Source: Candidatus Udaeobacter sp.
GTDB lineage: Bacteria; Verrucomicrobiota; Verrucomicrobiia; Chthoniobacterales; UBA10450
Length of the DNA stretch: 64,000 bases
Direction of reading: 5' to 3'
NCBI GenBank assembly: GCA_036269995.1
Contig: DATBDJ010000014.1
Location: 36,785 to 100,784, forward strand
The translations under genes and the position numbers were made by a program. Shown in pieces: positions 46,561 to 57,608 of this stretch (positions are counted from its first letter, which is position 1; the number at the start of each line of letters is the position of its first letter). The notes under the pieces were generated by a model. It had not been told where the DNA came from. It ran no database searches and saw only the letters and a program-made list of their open reading frames with translations.

Positions 46561-48582
46561 CTACTCCAGGACGCGCTCGAGCCGCCGGCCAGGTTTAGTA
46601 TCGTTTCTTAAAAAGATAACGCTATTCGCTTCGCCGCAGCGGTACTCCTTGTAGCCGCATTGTCTCAGGCGTGTCCCAAATTTCTGATAGAACCAGTCCC
46701 ACCGATTCTGCTCCTGGTATGGTGGAATAATGACGGCTGAGATATCCAACCGAGTAAGATACGGAGGACAGTTGTCGCTATCGTTAAGCTCGTGAAACAG
46801 ATCTTGATATCGCGCTGGCCCAAAATAGTCCCCTACACTGACGATGTTTGCTATTTTTCGAAAGTAAAAATGTAGCCGCTCAGTTCTCAAAACAAGAACG
46901 TGTGTCTGCTTCTTGTGTTCGGATGCAAGCGTCTCAATCACAGCCTCGCTGGCGGGATAACCAGAGAGATTCTTCTCCAGATAACGTTCTGGGTCCCCGC
47001 CAAGGCGGAACAAATCAAATGTGCTCGCATAATAATCACGGTAAAATCCTAGCCACCCATGCTTTGAGTTGGGTACTAGGAGAGTTGGACTGGGAATGAT
47101 CAGCGCCCCACAGAATGCGATCGTAGCCGCACCAAGCGTCAATGTTGCCAGCGGCGAACGCCAAACTGCGTTTGCGCGGGCGTAGACATATGAAACAGCG
47201 ACGCCTATCCAAGCCGCGAGCACGGGGTACCAGTGAAGCGAATATCTCCCCAAGGAGCTGAAAAACCACGGAATTGCCAGGTATGTAGCTGCAGCAGATA
47301 AATAAGTGAACTGGCGCGGCCACTGCCATCGCTCCCGCAAAAATGGCTGCGCGGCGACAAACAAAACTGGCCCATACAGCAGTATTATCATTGCGCTTAT
47401 ACCCCATTCTCTGAAGTCTTTTGACGCGGGATCCGCGAAGAATTGGAATGGCAAGAATAGTAGATGCCATGGCTTTTGCTGAGTAATCGTATCACCGGTG
47501 TAAAGCTGCGCGTCCGCTTTCGTAAAGACCGGGTCAGGGCGGTTGAAATACAAATTGAAAAGAGGTGGGGCGGGGTCATGGGCTTCAAGTAGGTTTCGCG
47601 CATACCAAGGGAGGCTAAGTGCGACCAAAAATACACAGAGCAGCGCGATGTATCGTGGTCGCAGGCGCCGCATGGACGCGACACACAGCGAGACAATAAA
47701 AAACGGCAGGTGACCGATGAGTGTAAGCTTCATCCCTGCGCAAAAACCGGCGATCACGACAAGCTCGCGTTGGAATCCGTGATGTGATGACGTTCTATAG
47801 ACGCAGAGAACAGAGAGAAGAAGAAAAAGTCCAATAGGCACATCCACGTAAGCAGTGTTCAAATAGCGAAGGAAGACCGGAGACAGGGCTACGGCTAGAG
47901 GGATTAAAAATTGCTGGGGATAAAAACGGCTCCCAACATGGATATTGGCAGCAAAATCAGCTTTAACCGGACCGAAGAAGGCCACAATTCCCAAGCAGGT
48001 AAGTAACCCACAGAGCCAGGTCAGAAAATGACAATAGTCTCCTAAACTCAGAATAAATAAGGCACTGTATAGAAGTAGAAAGTTATTTGCGTAATACGGA
48101 AAACGCAGAAAGGGATCAACATAGATGTGGCCCGCATTGGCCCAATCGACGGCATATGCCAAATGATAGGCCACTGAATCGAAAAGGGTTGGGGGAAGAA
48201 CCGCCGGTATTCCCAATACCAGAAACACTACGTAAATGAAAAATGCCGAGCTCGTCCAAGCCTTGAGGAAGCGGCTAGACGTCGTTCGCCAGAACGACGA
48301 TGACAGCCAGCTATCGCCTTTCAGCTGCCAAAATAGAATTCCTTCAGCTAATATTGTTCCCAACAATCCGAATCCATTAAGTAAGTGTGCGAACCCCAGG
48401 AATAACAATGCGAATCCAAATAACGCCATTCCCGCCACGGATGTAATGACAAGGTCGGAAAGCGAAATGCCATCCGCTTTATCGGAAGTCTTTGGCCTAA
48501 ACAACTGGCCGGTCGTAAAGAAGTAAAACCATGCAAAATGAGCTGCTGCCAGGCCGACGAAATAGCTTTGAAGAATTTGCAT
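46561..48582 (-). CDS. polytopic membrane protein, GT-C-like glycosyltransferase candidate (4 of 4)
   Basis: 673 aa with about 14 hydrophobic segments. Loop motif PPTLFDSVAYHLAYAVDW (D135) and a ~190-aa C-terminal soluble domain. Confidence 0.55.
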   Translation of the reverse strand: MQILQSYFVGLAAAHFAWFYFFTTGQLFRPKTSDKADGISLSDLVITSVAGMALFGFALLFLGFAHLLNGFGLLGTILAEGILFWQLKGDSWLSSSFWRTTSSRFLKAWTSSAFFIYVVFLVLGIPAVLPPTLFDSVAYHLAYAVDWANAGHIYVDPFLRFPYYANNFLLLYSALFILSLGDYCHFLTWLCGLLTCLGIVAFFGPVKADFAANIHVGSRFYPQQFLIPLAVALSPVFLRYLNTAYVDVPIGLFLLLSVLCVYRTSSHHGFQRELVVIAGFCAGMKLTLIGHLPFFIVSLCVASMRRLRPRYIALLCVFLVALSLPWYARNLLEAHDPAPPLFNLYFNRPDPVFTKADAQLYTGDTITQQKPWHLLFLPFQFFADPASKDFREWGISAMIILLYGPVLFVAAQPFLRERWQWPRQFTYLSAAATYLAIPWFFSSLGRYSLHWYPVLAAWIGVAVSYVYARANAVWRSPLATLTLGAATIAFCGALIIPSPTLLVPNSKHGWLGFYRDYYASTFDLFRLGGDPERYLEKNLSGYPASEAVIETLASEHKKQTHVLVLRTERLHFYFRKIANIVSVGDYFGPARYQDLFHELNDSDNCPPYLTRLDISAVIIPPYQEQNRWDWFYQKFGTRLRQCGYKEYRCGEANSVIFLRNDTKPGRRLERVLE

Positions 48583-48750
48583 CTACCGGCGCGTAATCGG
48601 TCTTACCTATGTGGCTAGCAAGGTATCAATCAGGTGAAGAGGCTTTTGCTGAGGAAGAAACTCGACATTATGCGCAATCAGCAAGCGACTCATCGGTCGA
48701 ACAGCGAAGCACTGGCGGGAGCGATTCCAGTGGAATAGACTGTCATCAAC

Positions 48751-49815
48751 CTAGTCGAGATAATTCTGCAGGAATAACTGCATGATGTGCTGCGCTCCGG
48801 CGCCTCTGACGTGTCTCAGATCATCCTCCCACACAGCGCCGCGATCAGAGTTTTGCACGATTTCGTAACTTGGAAAGTAATCCACGTTGGGATGTGCGCT
48901 GGCCCACTCCTGAGCCACTGCTCGCAAAAGCGATTTGGCCCAAGTGTTGGCCACCACAATATCCATGCTTGAAAAGGTGTTCATCAAAGGAACGGGAGAA
49001 ACCGTGACTACAATGTGAAAGTCGGAATGTCCATGGAGAGACAACAACATGTATATGGCTTCCAGATTAGCGAGGTTGTGAGCAAAATTAGTTAGATGAA
49101 ATTCGTACCGCCCTGGTTCAGTCTTGAACAAAGATGGAATAGGAGTGCAATTTAGAAATACGTCTGCCTGAACGTCGCGCCAAATTTCTGCAAGCCCGAG
49201 CGTGACGATCACTGCGCGACAGCTCTGGATGCGCTTTGTTACCAGTTGCATCAGCGCGCGACGCTCCAAGGTCTCCTCCAACCCCACGAAGTTTAAGGTG
49301 GGGGTCGTATGTGGGTCATACCACGTTATGTTTGTTAATGGCACAATGGACTCCCGAGGGAATTCTGCGTCTGGATCAAGCGCCCACCGAAGTTCGTTCA
49401 GTATTGAATACGTGTTGTACTTATTGGTGAATCCGAGACCGGACCTTTCTCTGTTAGCCGACTGAAGCTTCGCAAATTCGGGCGCTGCGCTTTCAACAGC
49501 TAGTTTGCGTCCTGCGAGTGCGTTTTCGAGCCCGCGCGCAAAACACGACCCGATCGCATAGAATTTATCGTCTCGGCGAAGTTTGAACTTTGGATTGATT
49601 TGAGGTGTAAACCAGGTGTCACGCAATCGCTGGAAAGCGTATTTACGAGGCTGATCAGTGAGCCCAACACCGTCCTTGTACCAAGTTCTTGCGGCGTTGG
49701 TCGCATAATTCTTCATCGCCTCAGCGGCGGCCATGACATATGGGGATTTGGTCAAGGCCGAACGATTGCCTGGTGGAGCGACAACCGTCCTTTCGTTAAA
49801 AAATGCCCCAGACAT
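48751..49815 (-). CDS. GSCFA family protein
   Basis: 354 aa. It contains the eponymous motif in FYAIGSCFARGLENAL at the position expected for a GDSL/SGNH-like nucleophile block. Confidence 0.75.
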   Translation of the reverse strand: MSGAFFNERTVVAPPGNRSALTKSPYVMAAAEAMKNYATNAARTWYKDGVGLTDQPRKYAFQRLRDTWFTPQINPKFKLRRDDKFYAIGSCFARGLENALAGRKLAVESAAPEFAKLQSANRERSGLGFTNKYNTYSILNELRWALDPDAEFPRESIVPLTNITWYDPHTTPTLNFVGLEETLERRALMQLVTKRIQSCRAVIVTLGLAEIWRDVQADVFLNCTPIPSLFKTEPGRYEFHLTNFAHNLANLEAIYMLLSLHGHSDFHIVVTVSPVPLMNTFSSMDIVVANTWAKSLLRAVAQEWASAHPNVDYFPSYEIVQNSDRGAVWEDDLRHVRGAGAQHIMQLFLQNYLD

Positions 49816-49835
49816 GCCTACAGATTCTCACCAAT

Positions 49836-50252
49836 TTATCGCTGCGCGAGCAGATAAATCGCTATCAATGTGAGCAGAAAGTAGGGAACAAGGACCGCTG
49901 CTCCAGCGTACTCTTTTGCCATTCGCTGGCCGAAGAAAAGCGAAATAACCGCCACCGCAGAAATGACTGCACCATAGTATGCGACGGTTGAATCGTGCAA
50001 GAACATCACCGCCAGGCAGCCAATAGCACTCAGCGCGCCTGCTGCGAGTTCGAGAATCGTGATTACCGTCACCAACGCCGGTACAAATCCGGCTAATGGA
50101 CTTTTGGCAAAATGTCCCTTTAGCCATTCAAGGTTTCCACCGCGGTCGATGATCTTATCAATTCCCGATTGAAGAAAAAGAATCGCCAGAAAGGCGGATG
50201 CGAGAATCTGCATCAGATAAATTGCTTGGCTGAACGTGTGCGAAGCGGGCAT
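49836..50252 (-). CDS. DoxX family membrane protein
   Basis: 138 aa with 4 hydrophobic segments. FLAILFLQSGIDKI is the DoxX-like first-helix pattern. Confidence 0.6.
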   Translation of the reverse strand: MPASHTFSQAIYLMQILASAFLAILFLQSGIDKIIDRGGNLEWLKGHFAKSPLAGFVPALVTVITILELAAGALSAIGCLAVMFLHDSTVAYYGAVISAVAVISLFFGQRMAKEYAGAAVLVPYFLLTLIAIYLLAQR

Positions 50253-50296
50253 ACCACACGGACGTTAGCCGGAAACCCTCGAGTTTGTCCACCTGC

Positions 50297-51649
50297 TCAA
50301 TCGTCTTGGGCGGCGGCGTCCGCGAATGCGACCTGCCGCTTTCTTATGTCCAGGTCGACTTCGGCAGGCGTCCCAAATATCCGCGCGCGGGAATCCTCGA
50401 ATTCGCCTTCCCATCGAGCGACCACCACTGTGGCCAGGCAATTGCCGATCACGTTCACGCACGTTCGCCCCATGTCCATCAGTTCATCGACGCCGAAAAT
50501 GATTGCCACGCCGATTGGTCCGAGGCCTGACGGCACAAAGGAGTTCAGCGCCCCCAACAAAATGACTAGCGATGAGCGTGGAACGCCGGCTACGCCTTTC
50601 GACGTTAGCATTAACGTCAACATCATGGTGACTTGTTGGGCTATCGGCATGTGCCAACCCATGGTGGTCTCGGCCGCTTGCGCCACGAACACCGAAGCCA
50701 TCGCGAGATATAACGTCGATCCTGTCAGGTTAAACGAATAGCCGGTCGGCATGACGAACCCCACAATGTGCGGTGGGACACCGAAGCGCTCCATCGATTC
50801 CATCGCTTTCGGCAGCGCTGACTCGCTACTTGTTGTCGCAAAAGCAAGAGCCGCGGGTTCGCGCACGGCCCTGATGAACTGCCGCACCGGAATCCGCGCA
50901 GTCCAAATCACGAGGCCAAAGATCAACGTCACGAAAATCACGAGAGCGAGGTACAGGGAGCCAATCAATTTCCCGAGATTTACCAGCACGCCTGCACCCT
51001 GCGTACCGATCGTATGTGCCATTGCTGCTCCCACTCCAATTGGCGCAAACAGCATCACGTAATTTGTAAATTTGAACATGATTTGAGAGAGACTCTCCAT
51101 CGCACGGATGATGGGTTTGCCTTTTTCGCCAACGGCGGACACGGCCAGCGCGAAGAGCACGCTGAATGCGACGATCTGCAAAACGTCGCCGCGTGCCATC
51201 GCGTCAACAAGGCTGGAAGGAAATGCATGTACGATTGTTTCGACAAAAGTTCTTGGATGCGTTTGCTCAATCGTCTTGATGACATCCGTATTCGTTGCGA
51301 CAAGAGTCACACCGACGCCGGGTTTAATGAAATTCACAACGGCCAATCCGATGAACAGCGCAGCAGTCGTTACGATCTCGAAGTAAATTAGCGCCTTGAT
51401 TCCCATGCGCCCCACTTTGCGAAGCGCACCGGCGCCTGCGATGCCAACGACAATCGTTGAGAAAACGAGGGGCGCGATGATCGATTTGATCAGGTTAATG
51501 AAAATGTCGCGCAAAAAATAAACCGCATTTCCCCAATCGGGGCGCAGCCAGCCGATCACACCGCCGACGACCAAACCGATGAAGATTTGCACCGTCAAAG
51601 ATGGCCGGTACCATGGGCGGCGAACCGGTCGAGAAGTGGTAGCGGTCAT
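50297..51649 (-). CDS. dicarboxylate/amino acid:cation symporter (DAACS, GltP/DctA-like)
   Basis: About 450 aa from the ATG at 51649. The blocks FATTSSESALP, GYSFNLTGSTLY and GVAGVP...L match DAACS hairpin regions. The ORF-track start at 51718 adds 23 residues. Confidence 0.9.
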   Translation of the reverse strand: MTATTSRPVRRPWYRPSLTVQIFIGLVVGGVIGWLRPDWGNAVYFLRDIFINLIKSIIAPLVFSTIVVGIAGAGALRKVGRMGIKALIYFEIVTTAALFIGLAVVNFIKPGVGVTLVATNTDVIKTIEQTHPRTFVETIVHAFPSSLVDAMARGDVLQIVAFSVLFALAVSAVGEKGKPIIRAMESLSQIMFKFTNYVMLFAPIGVGAAMAHTIGTQGAGVLVNLGKLIGSLYLALVIFVTLIFGLVIWTARIPVRQFIRAVREPAALAFATTSSESALPKAMESMERFGVPPHIVGFVMPTGYSFNLTGSTLYLAMASVFVAQAAETTMGWHMPIAQQVTMMLTLMLTSKGVAGVPRSSLVILLGALNSFVPSGLGPIGVAIIFGVDELMDMGRTCVNVIGNCLATVVVARWEGEFEDSRARIFGTPAEVDLDIRKRQVAFADAAAQDD

Positions 51650-51692
51650 CGCCTCGTCATTAACACAAACGCGAAATTCGAAACAGGCTGCA

Positions 51693-51816
51693 AAGCTCCA
51701 AAAGCCGAGCTCCAACATTCAGAGAAGCTCCAACTTTCAACATTCAATCAGGCCGCCGTTGGATCTTGGCGATTGAAAATTCTCTGGAGCTTGGATATTG
51801 GGATTGGAGCTTTTAA
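51693..51816. repeat. long imperfect inverted repeat built from AGCTCCAA / TTGGAGCT words
   Basis: The left arm (AAGCTCCAAAAGCCGAGCTCCAACATTCAGAGAAGCTCCAACTTTCAACATTCAATC) pairs with the right arm (GATTGAAAATTCTCTGGAGCTTGGATATTGGGATTGGAGCTTTTAATC). It fills the gap between two co-directional minus-strand genes. Confidence 0.6.
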
Positions 51817-52697
51817 TCGATCATCCGCCGATCGAGTCCGCTGTAGGCATCAATTCTGCGATCGCGCAAAAACGGCCAGTGAGTTCGCTGTTCGTTGACG
51901 CGCGCCCAATCAATTTCCGCGGTTACAATTTCCTCCTGGGCCACCGAAGCTTTGGCAATGATTTCGCCGTCCGGTCCGCAAACAAAGCTTTGCCCCCAAA
52001 ACTCGATGCCTTCGCCACCGGCGGGCGCTTCATGCCCAACACGGTTCGCAGCCGCAACGTAACAACCGTTCGCAATCGCATGTCCGCGCTGGATCGTCTC
52101 CCATGCTGAGTGCTGCGCCTTACCAAACTGCTTCTTTTCGCTCGGATGCCAGCCAATCGCCGTTGGGTAAAAAAGAATCTCCGCTCCGCTTAGCGCCGTG
52201 AGGCGCGCCGCTTCCGGGTACCATTGATCCCAGCAAACGCAGACGCCGATTTTGCCGCGTTGCGTGTCCCACGCGCGAAAGCCGAGATCGCCCGGCGCAA
52301 AATAAAATTTTTCGTGATACAGCGGATCATCTGGGATATGCATTTTGCGATATTTGCCCAGGAAGGTGCCGTCTGCGTCGATGATCGCGGCAGTGTTGTG
52401 ATAAAGCCCGGCACTGCGTTTCTCAAAAAGTGACGCAATGATCACCAACCCTTGCTCCTTGGCGACGGCTGCCAATGCTGCGGTTGTCTTCCCTGGCACT
52501 TCCTCTGCCAACTCGAAATTCTTGTGATCTTCACTCTGGCAAAAATATTGCGACCGAAACAGCTCCGGCAGGCAGACGATCTGCGCGCGTTGGTTGGCCG
52601 CGTCGCCAATGAATTCAATCGCGCGCTCTAGGTTCTTCTCAGGCTCGGTGCCGCAGCGCATCTGTATCAGGGCGATTTTCGTTTTGTTAAAACTCAT
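51813..52697 (-). CDS. carbon-nitrogen hydrolase, N-carbamoylputrescine amidase-like
   Basis: 294 aa with the nitrilase-superfamily E-K-C triad context (CLPELF, YRKMHIP, VCVCWDQWYPE) and overall similarity to AguB-type sequences as I remember them. Confidence 0.75.
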   Translation of the reverse strand: MSFNKTKIALIQMRCGTEPEKNLERAIEFIGDAANQRAQIVCLPELFRSQYFCQSEDHKNFELAEEVPGKTTAALAAVAKEQGLVIIASLFEKRSAGLYHNTAAIIDADGTFLGKYRKMHIPDDPLYHEKFYFAPGDLGFRAWDTQRGKIGVCVCWDQWYPEAARLTALSGAEILFYPTAIGWHPSEKKQFGKAQHSAWETIQRGHAIANGCYVAAANRVGHEAPAGGEGIEFWGQSFVCGPDGEIIAKASVAQEEIVTAEIDWARVNEQRTHWPFLRDRRIDAYSGLDRRMID

Positions 52698-52703
52698 TTC
52701 GGA

Positions 52704-52853
52704 TTCTCATTAACACCGGGCTTTAGCTCGTTGACTGCGACCGCGCAAGCGCCTGTGAGCCGTTTCAACGGCTTATGTCCGCAGGGAAAGCCGTTAAAAC
52801 GGCTGGTGATGATTCATGCATTAACACCTGGCTGAAGCCAGGTGTTAATGAAG
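52704..52853. repeat. MITE/REP-like ~150-bp element, copy B
   Basis: Termini TTCTCATTAACACCGGGC ... GCCAGGTGTTAATGAAG. Internal hairpins are GCCGTT-TCAA-CGGC, AGCCGTT-AAA-ACGGCT and CATTAACACCTGGC-TGAA-GCCAGGTGTTAATG. Same orientation and architecture as copy A. Confidence 0.75.
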
Positions 52854-52864
52854 ATTTTGCACCA

Positions 52865-53470
52865 TTATTTCACCGAATCTGCCGGCACGATCTTGATGCT
52901 GTTGATGACTACGCGCTTTGTCGGCTTGCTCGATTCGCCTTGTGCATTTCGATCGACGGGTGTGTTGCCGATTTTCTCCAACACATCGTCACCTTTAATT
53001 ACCTTACCGAACGTCGTGTATTGATGATCGAGCCGGCGCACAGGCGCGAGGCAGATAAAGAACTGCGAGCCCGCTGAATCGGGATCGGCCGAGCGCGCCA
53101 TGGAGATCACACCACGATCGTGCGGATGGTCATTAAATTCGGCGTTGACTTTGTAACCTGGTCCACCCAGCCCGTAGCTGTTTTCCTTTGCAGGATCTTT
53201 CGAATTCGGGTCGCCGCCCTGAATCATAAATCCTTTGACGATCCGGTGGAAAATGGTGCCATCATAGAAACCCTGACGTGCCAATTTCTTGAAGTTCTCG
53301 ACGGTATTTGGCGCGGCATCAGCCCAAAACTGCACCACCATATCGCCTTCGCTGGTTTTAATCACTGCAACTTCGTTTGATGAATTCATGGGAGTCTTCT
53401 CCTCCTTCTTGTCCTCGGCCGCAAATACAGCCGAGCTCAAGAACAGAGCCACAACAATCAAAGATTTCAT
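52865..53470 (-). CDS. cyclophilin-type peptidyl-prolyl cis-trans isomerase, secreted
   Basis: 201 aa from the ATG at 53470, with signal peptide MKSLIVVALFLSSAVFA. FHRIVKGFMIQGGDP and SAGSQFFI are cyclophilin hallmarks. The 37 extra N-terminal residues in the ORF track are read-through of a repeat element. Confidence 0.9.
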   Translation of the reverse strand: MKSLIVVALFLSSAVFAAEDKKEEKTPMNSSNEVAVIKTSEGDMVVQFWADAAPNTVENFKKLARQGFYDGTIFHRIVKGFMIQGGDPNSKDPAKENSYGLGGPGYKVNAEFNDHPHDRGVISMARSADPDSAGSQFFICLAPVRRLDHQYTTFGKVIKGDDVLEKIGNTPVDRNAQGESSKPTKRVVINSIKIVPADSVK

Positions 53471-53494
53471 GCAGACAAGTGGCACCAACATGAC

Positions 53495-53560
53495 GTCATG
53501 TCGAGCGAAGTCGAGACCTCTGCCATGAATTAGAGATTCCTCGACTGCGCTCGGAATGAC
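53495..53560. repeat. inverted-repeat element of the GTCATNNCGAGCGNAG...CTC family
   Basis: Left arm GTCATGTCGAGCGAAGTCGAGACCTC and right arm GAGATTCCTCGACTGCGCTCGGAATGAC, separated by a 12-nt loop. Related copies lie at 61753..61847 and, as a half copy, at 58605..58633. Confidence 0.7.
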
Positions 53561-53620
53561 AGAAAATGCTTCGTTAAACATTGGACGTTAAGCGTTGAGC
53601 ATTCGCCATTTTGGATTTGA

Positions 53621-53649
53621 TTCGTCATTCGTCATTCGAATTTCGTCAT

Positions 53650-53651
<2 letters not shown>
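53621..53651. repeat. tandem TCGTCATTC word repeat
   Basis: TTCGTCATTCGTCATTCGAATTTCGTCATTC contains three copies of TCGTCATTC and runs into the carB stop codon. Confidence 0.6.
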
Positions 53652-56877
<3,226 letters not shown>

Positions 56878-56936
56878 CTGCGCCAGCGCGGACAGTAAAC
56901 GAAATCACACGAACGTCACGCAGGAAGATATGCACC

Positions 56937-57047
56937 GGAGGTCAACGATGCTGGTTGACTCCGCCGTCGGGCTTCTAGCCCGGCGTTTCGTTCACGTGAC
57001 ACGATAAGCTGGAAGCTTATCTGCCGAGTTCGGCTGGAAGCCGAACT
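56937..57047. repeat. cluster of four consecutive hairpins between sufE and carB
   Basis: GGAGGTCAA..TTGACTCC (56937-56962), CGGGC-TTCTA-GCCCG (~56968-56983), GATAAGCT-GGA-AGCTTATC (57003-57021) and AGTTCGGCT-GGA-AGCCGAACT (57027-57047). The last two share a GCTGGAAGC core. Confidence 0.6.
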
Positions 57048-57056
57048 TCCTCGCCG

Positions 57057-57512
57057 TTACGCCACCTGCGCCATGCGCTGGCGGTCGAGCCAAACTTTGC
57101 AAATACTTTTGATGCGCGTGAGAACATAATAAACCGTCTGGCTACGGATGCGCAGCAATTCCGTGCCGACGATGCGTGTCACGAAATCGCTGGGCAGATC
57201 GAGAATCTCCTGCGGAGTTGAACCCTCGAGACCTTTGCTAAGGATCGATGCCATCGAGCGCGTCAGCGTTTGCACTTCGGGTCCGAGCGTCATTCGAATA
57301 TGTGCCTTTCCATTTTCATCCACGTGCAGATAAACGCCCACGGTGTCCGCGCATTCCTCGTCTTTTCGTACATCAACCAGCTCGAACTTCTCGCTCTGAC
57401 GCGGCTCCTGGTTCTTCGCAGTGTCCGCATAGGAGACGAGCGTCTCGCGTCGCTCATCCTCTGGCAGCGACTCGAACAGATTGATGATCCTGTTCAGTTT
57501 GGGCGGATACAT
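57057..57512 (-). CDS. sufE: SufE-like sulfur acceptor protein
   Basis: 151 aa. N-terminus L..II..F..L.D..ER, a candidate persulfide cysteine in DEECADTVGVYL, and C-terminal RIRSQTVYYVLTRIK resemble SufE/CsdE. Confidence 0.7.
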   Translation of the reverse strand: MYPPKLNRIINLFESLPEDERRETLVSYADTAKNQEPRQSEKFELVDVRKDEECADTVGVYLHVDENGKAHIRMTLGPEVQTLTRSMASILSKGLEGSTPQEILDLPSDFVTRIVGTELLRIRSQTVYYVLTRIKSICKVWLDRQRMAQVA

Positions 57513-57608
57513 TGATGATCAAAATTTACCGCTGATTTCCTTTCTGTCACTGCCAGCGAAGCGGAGGAATCTCTTGCTCTCAACGAGGTGTTCATGGCTA
57601 ATTGCGCC

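Noticed and set aside
53471-53581. N-terminal 37 residues of the ORF-track cyclophilin gene (MFNEAFSVIPSAVEESLIHGRGLDFARHDVM...)
   Set aside because: This stretch is read-through of the palindromic repeat at 53495..53560. A canonical signal peptide begins at the internal ATG at 53470.
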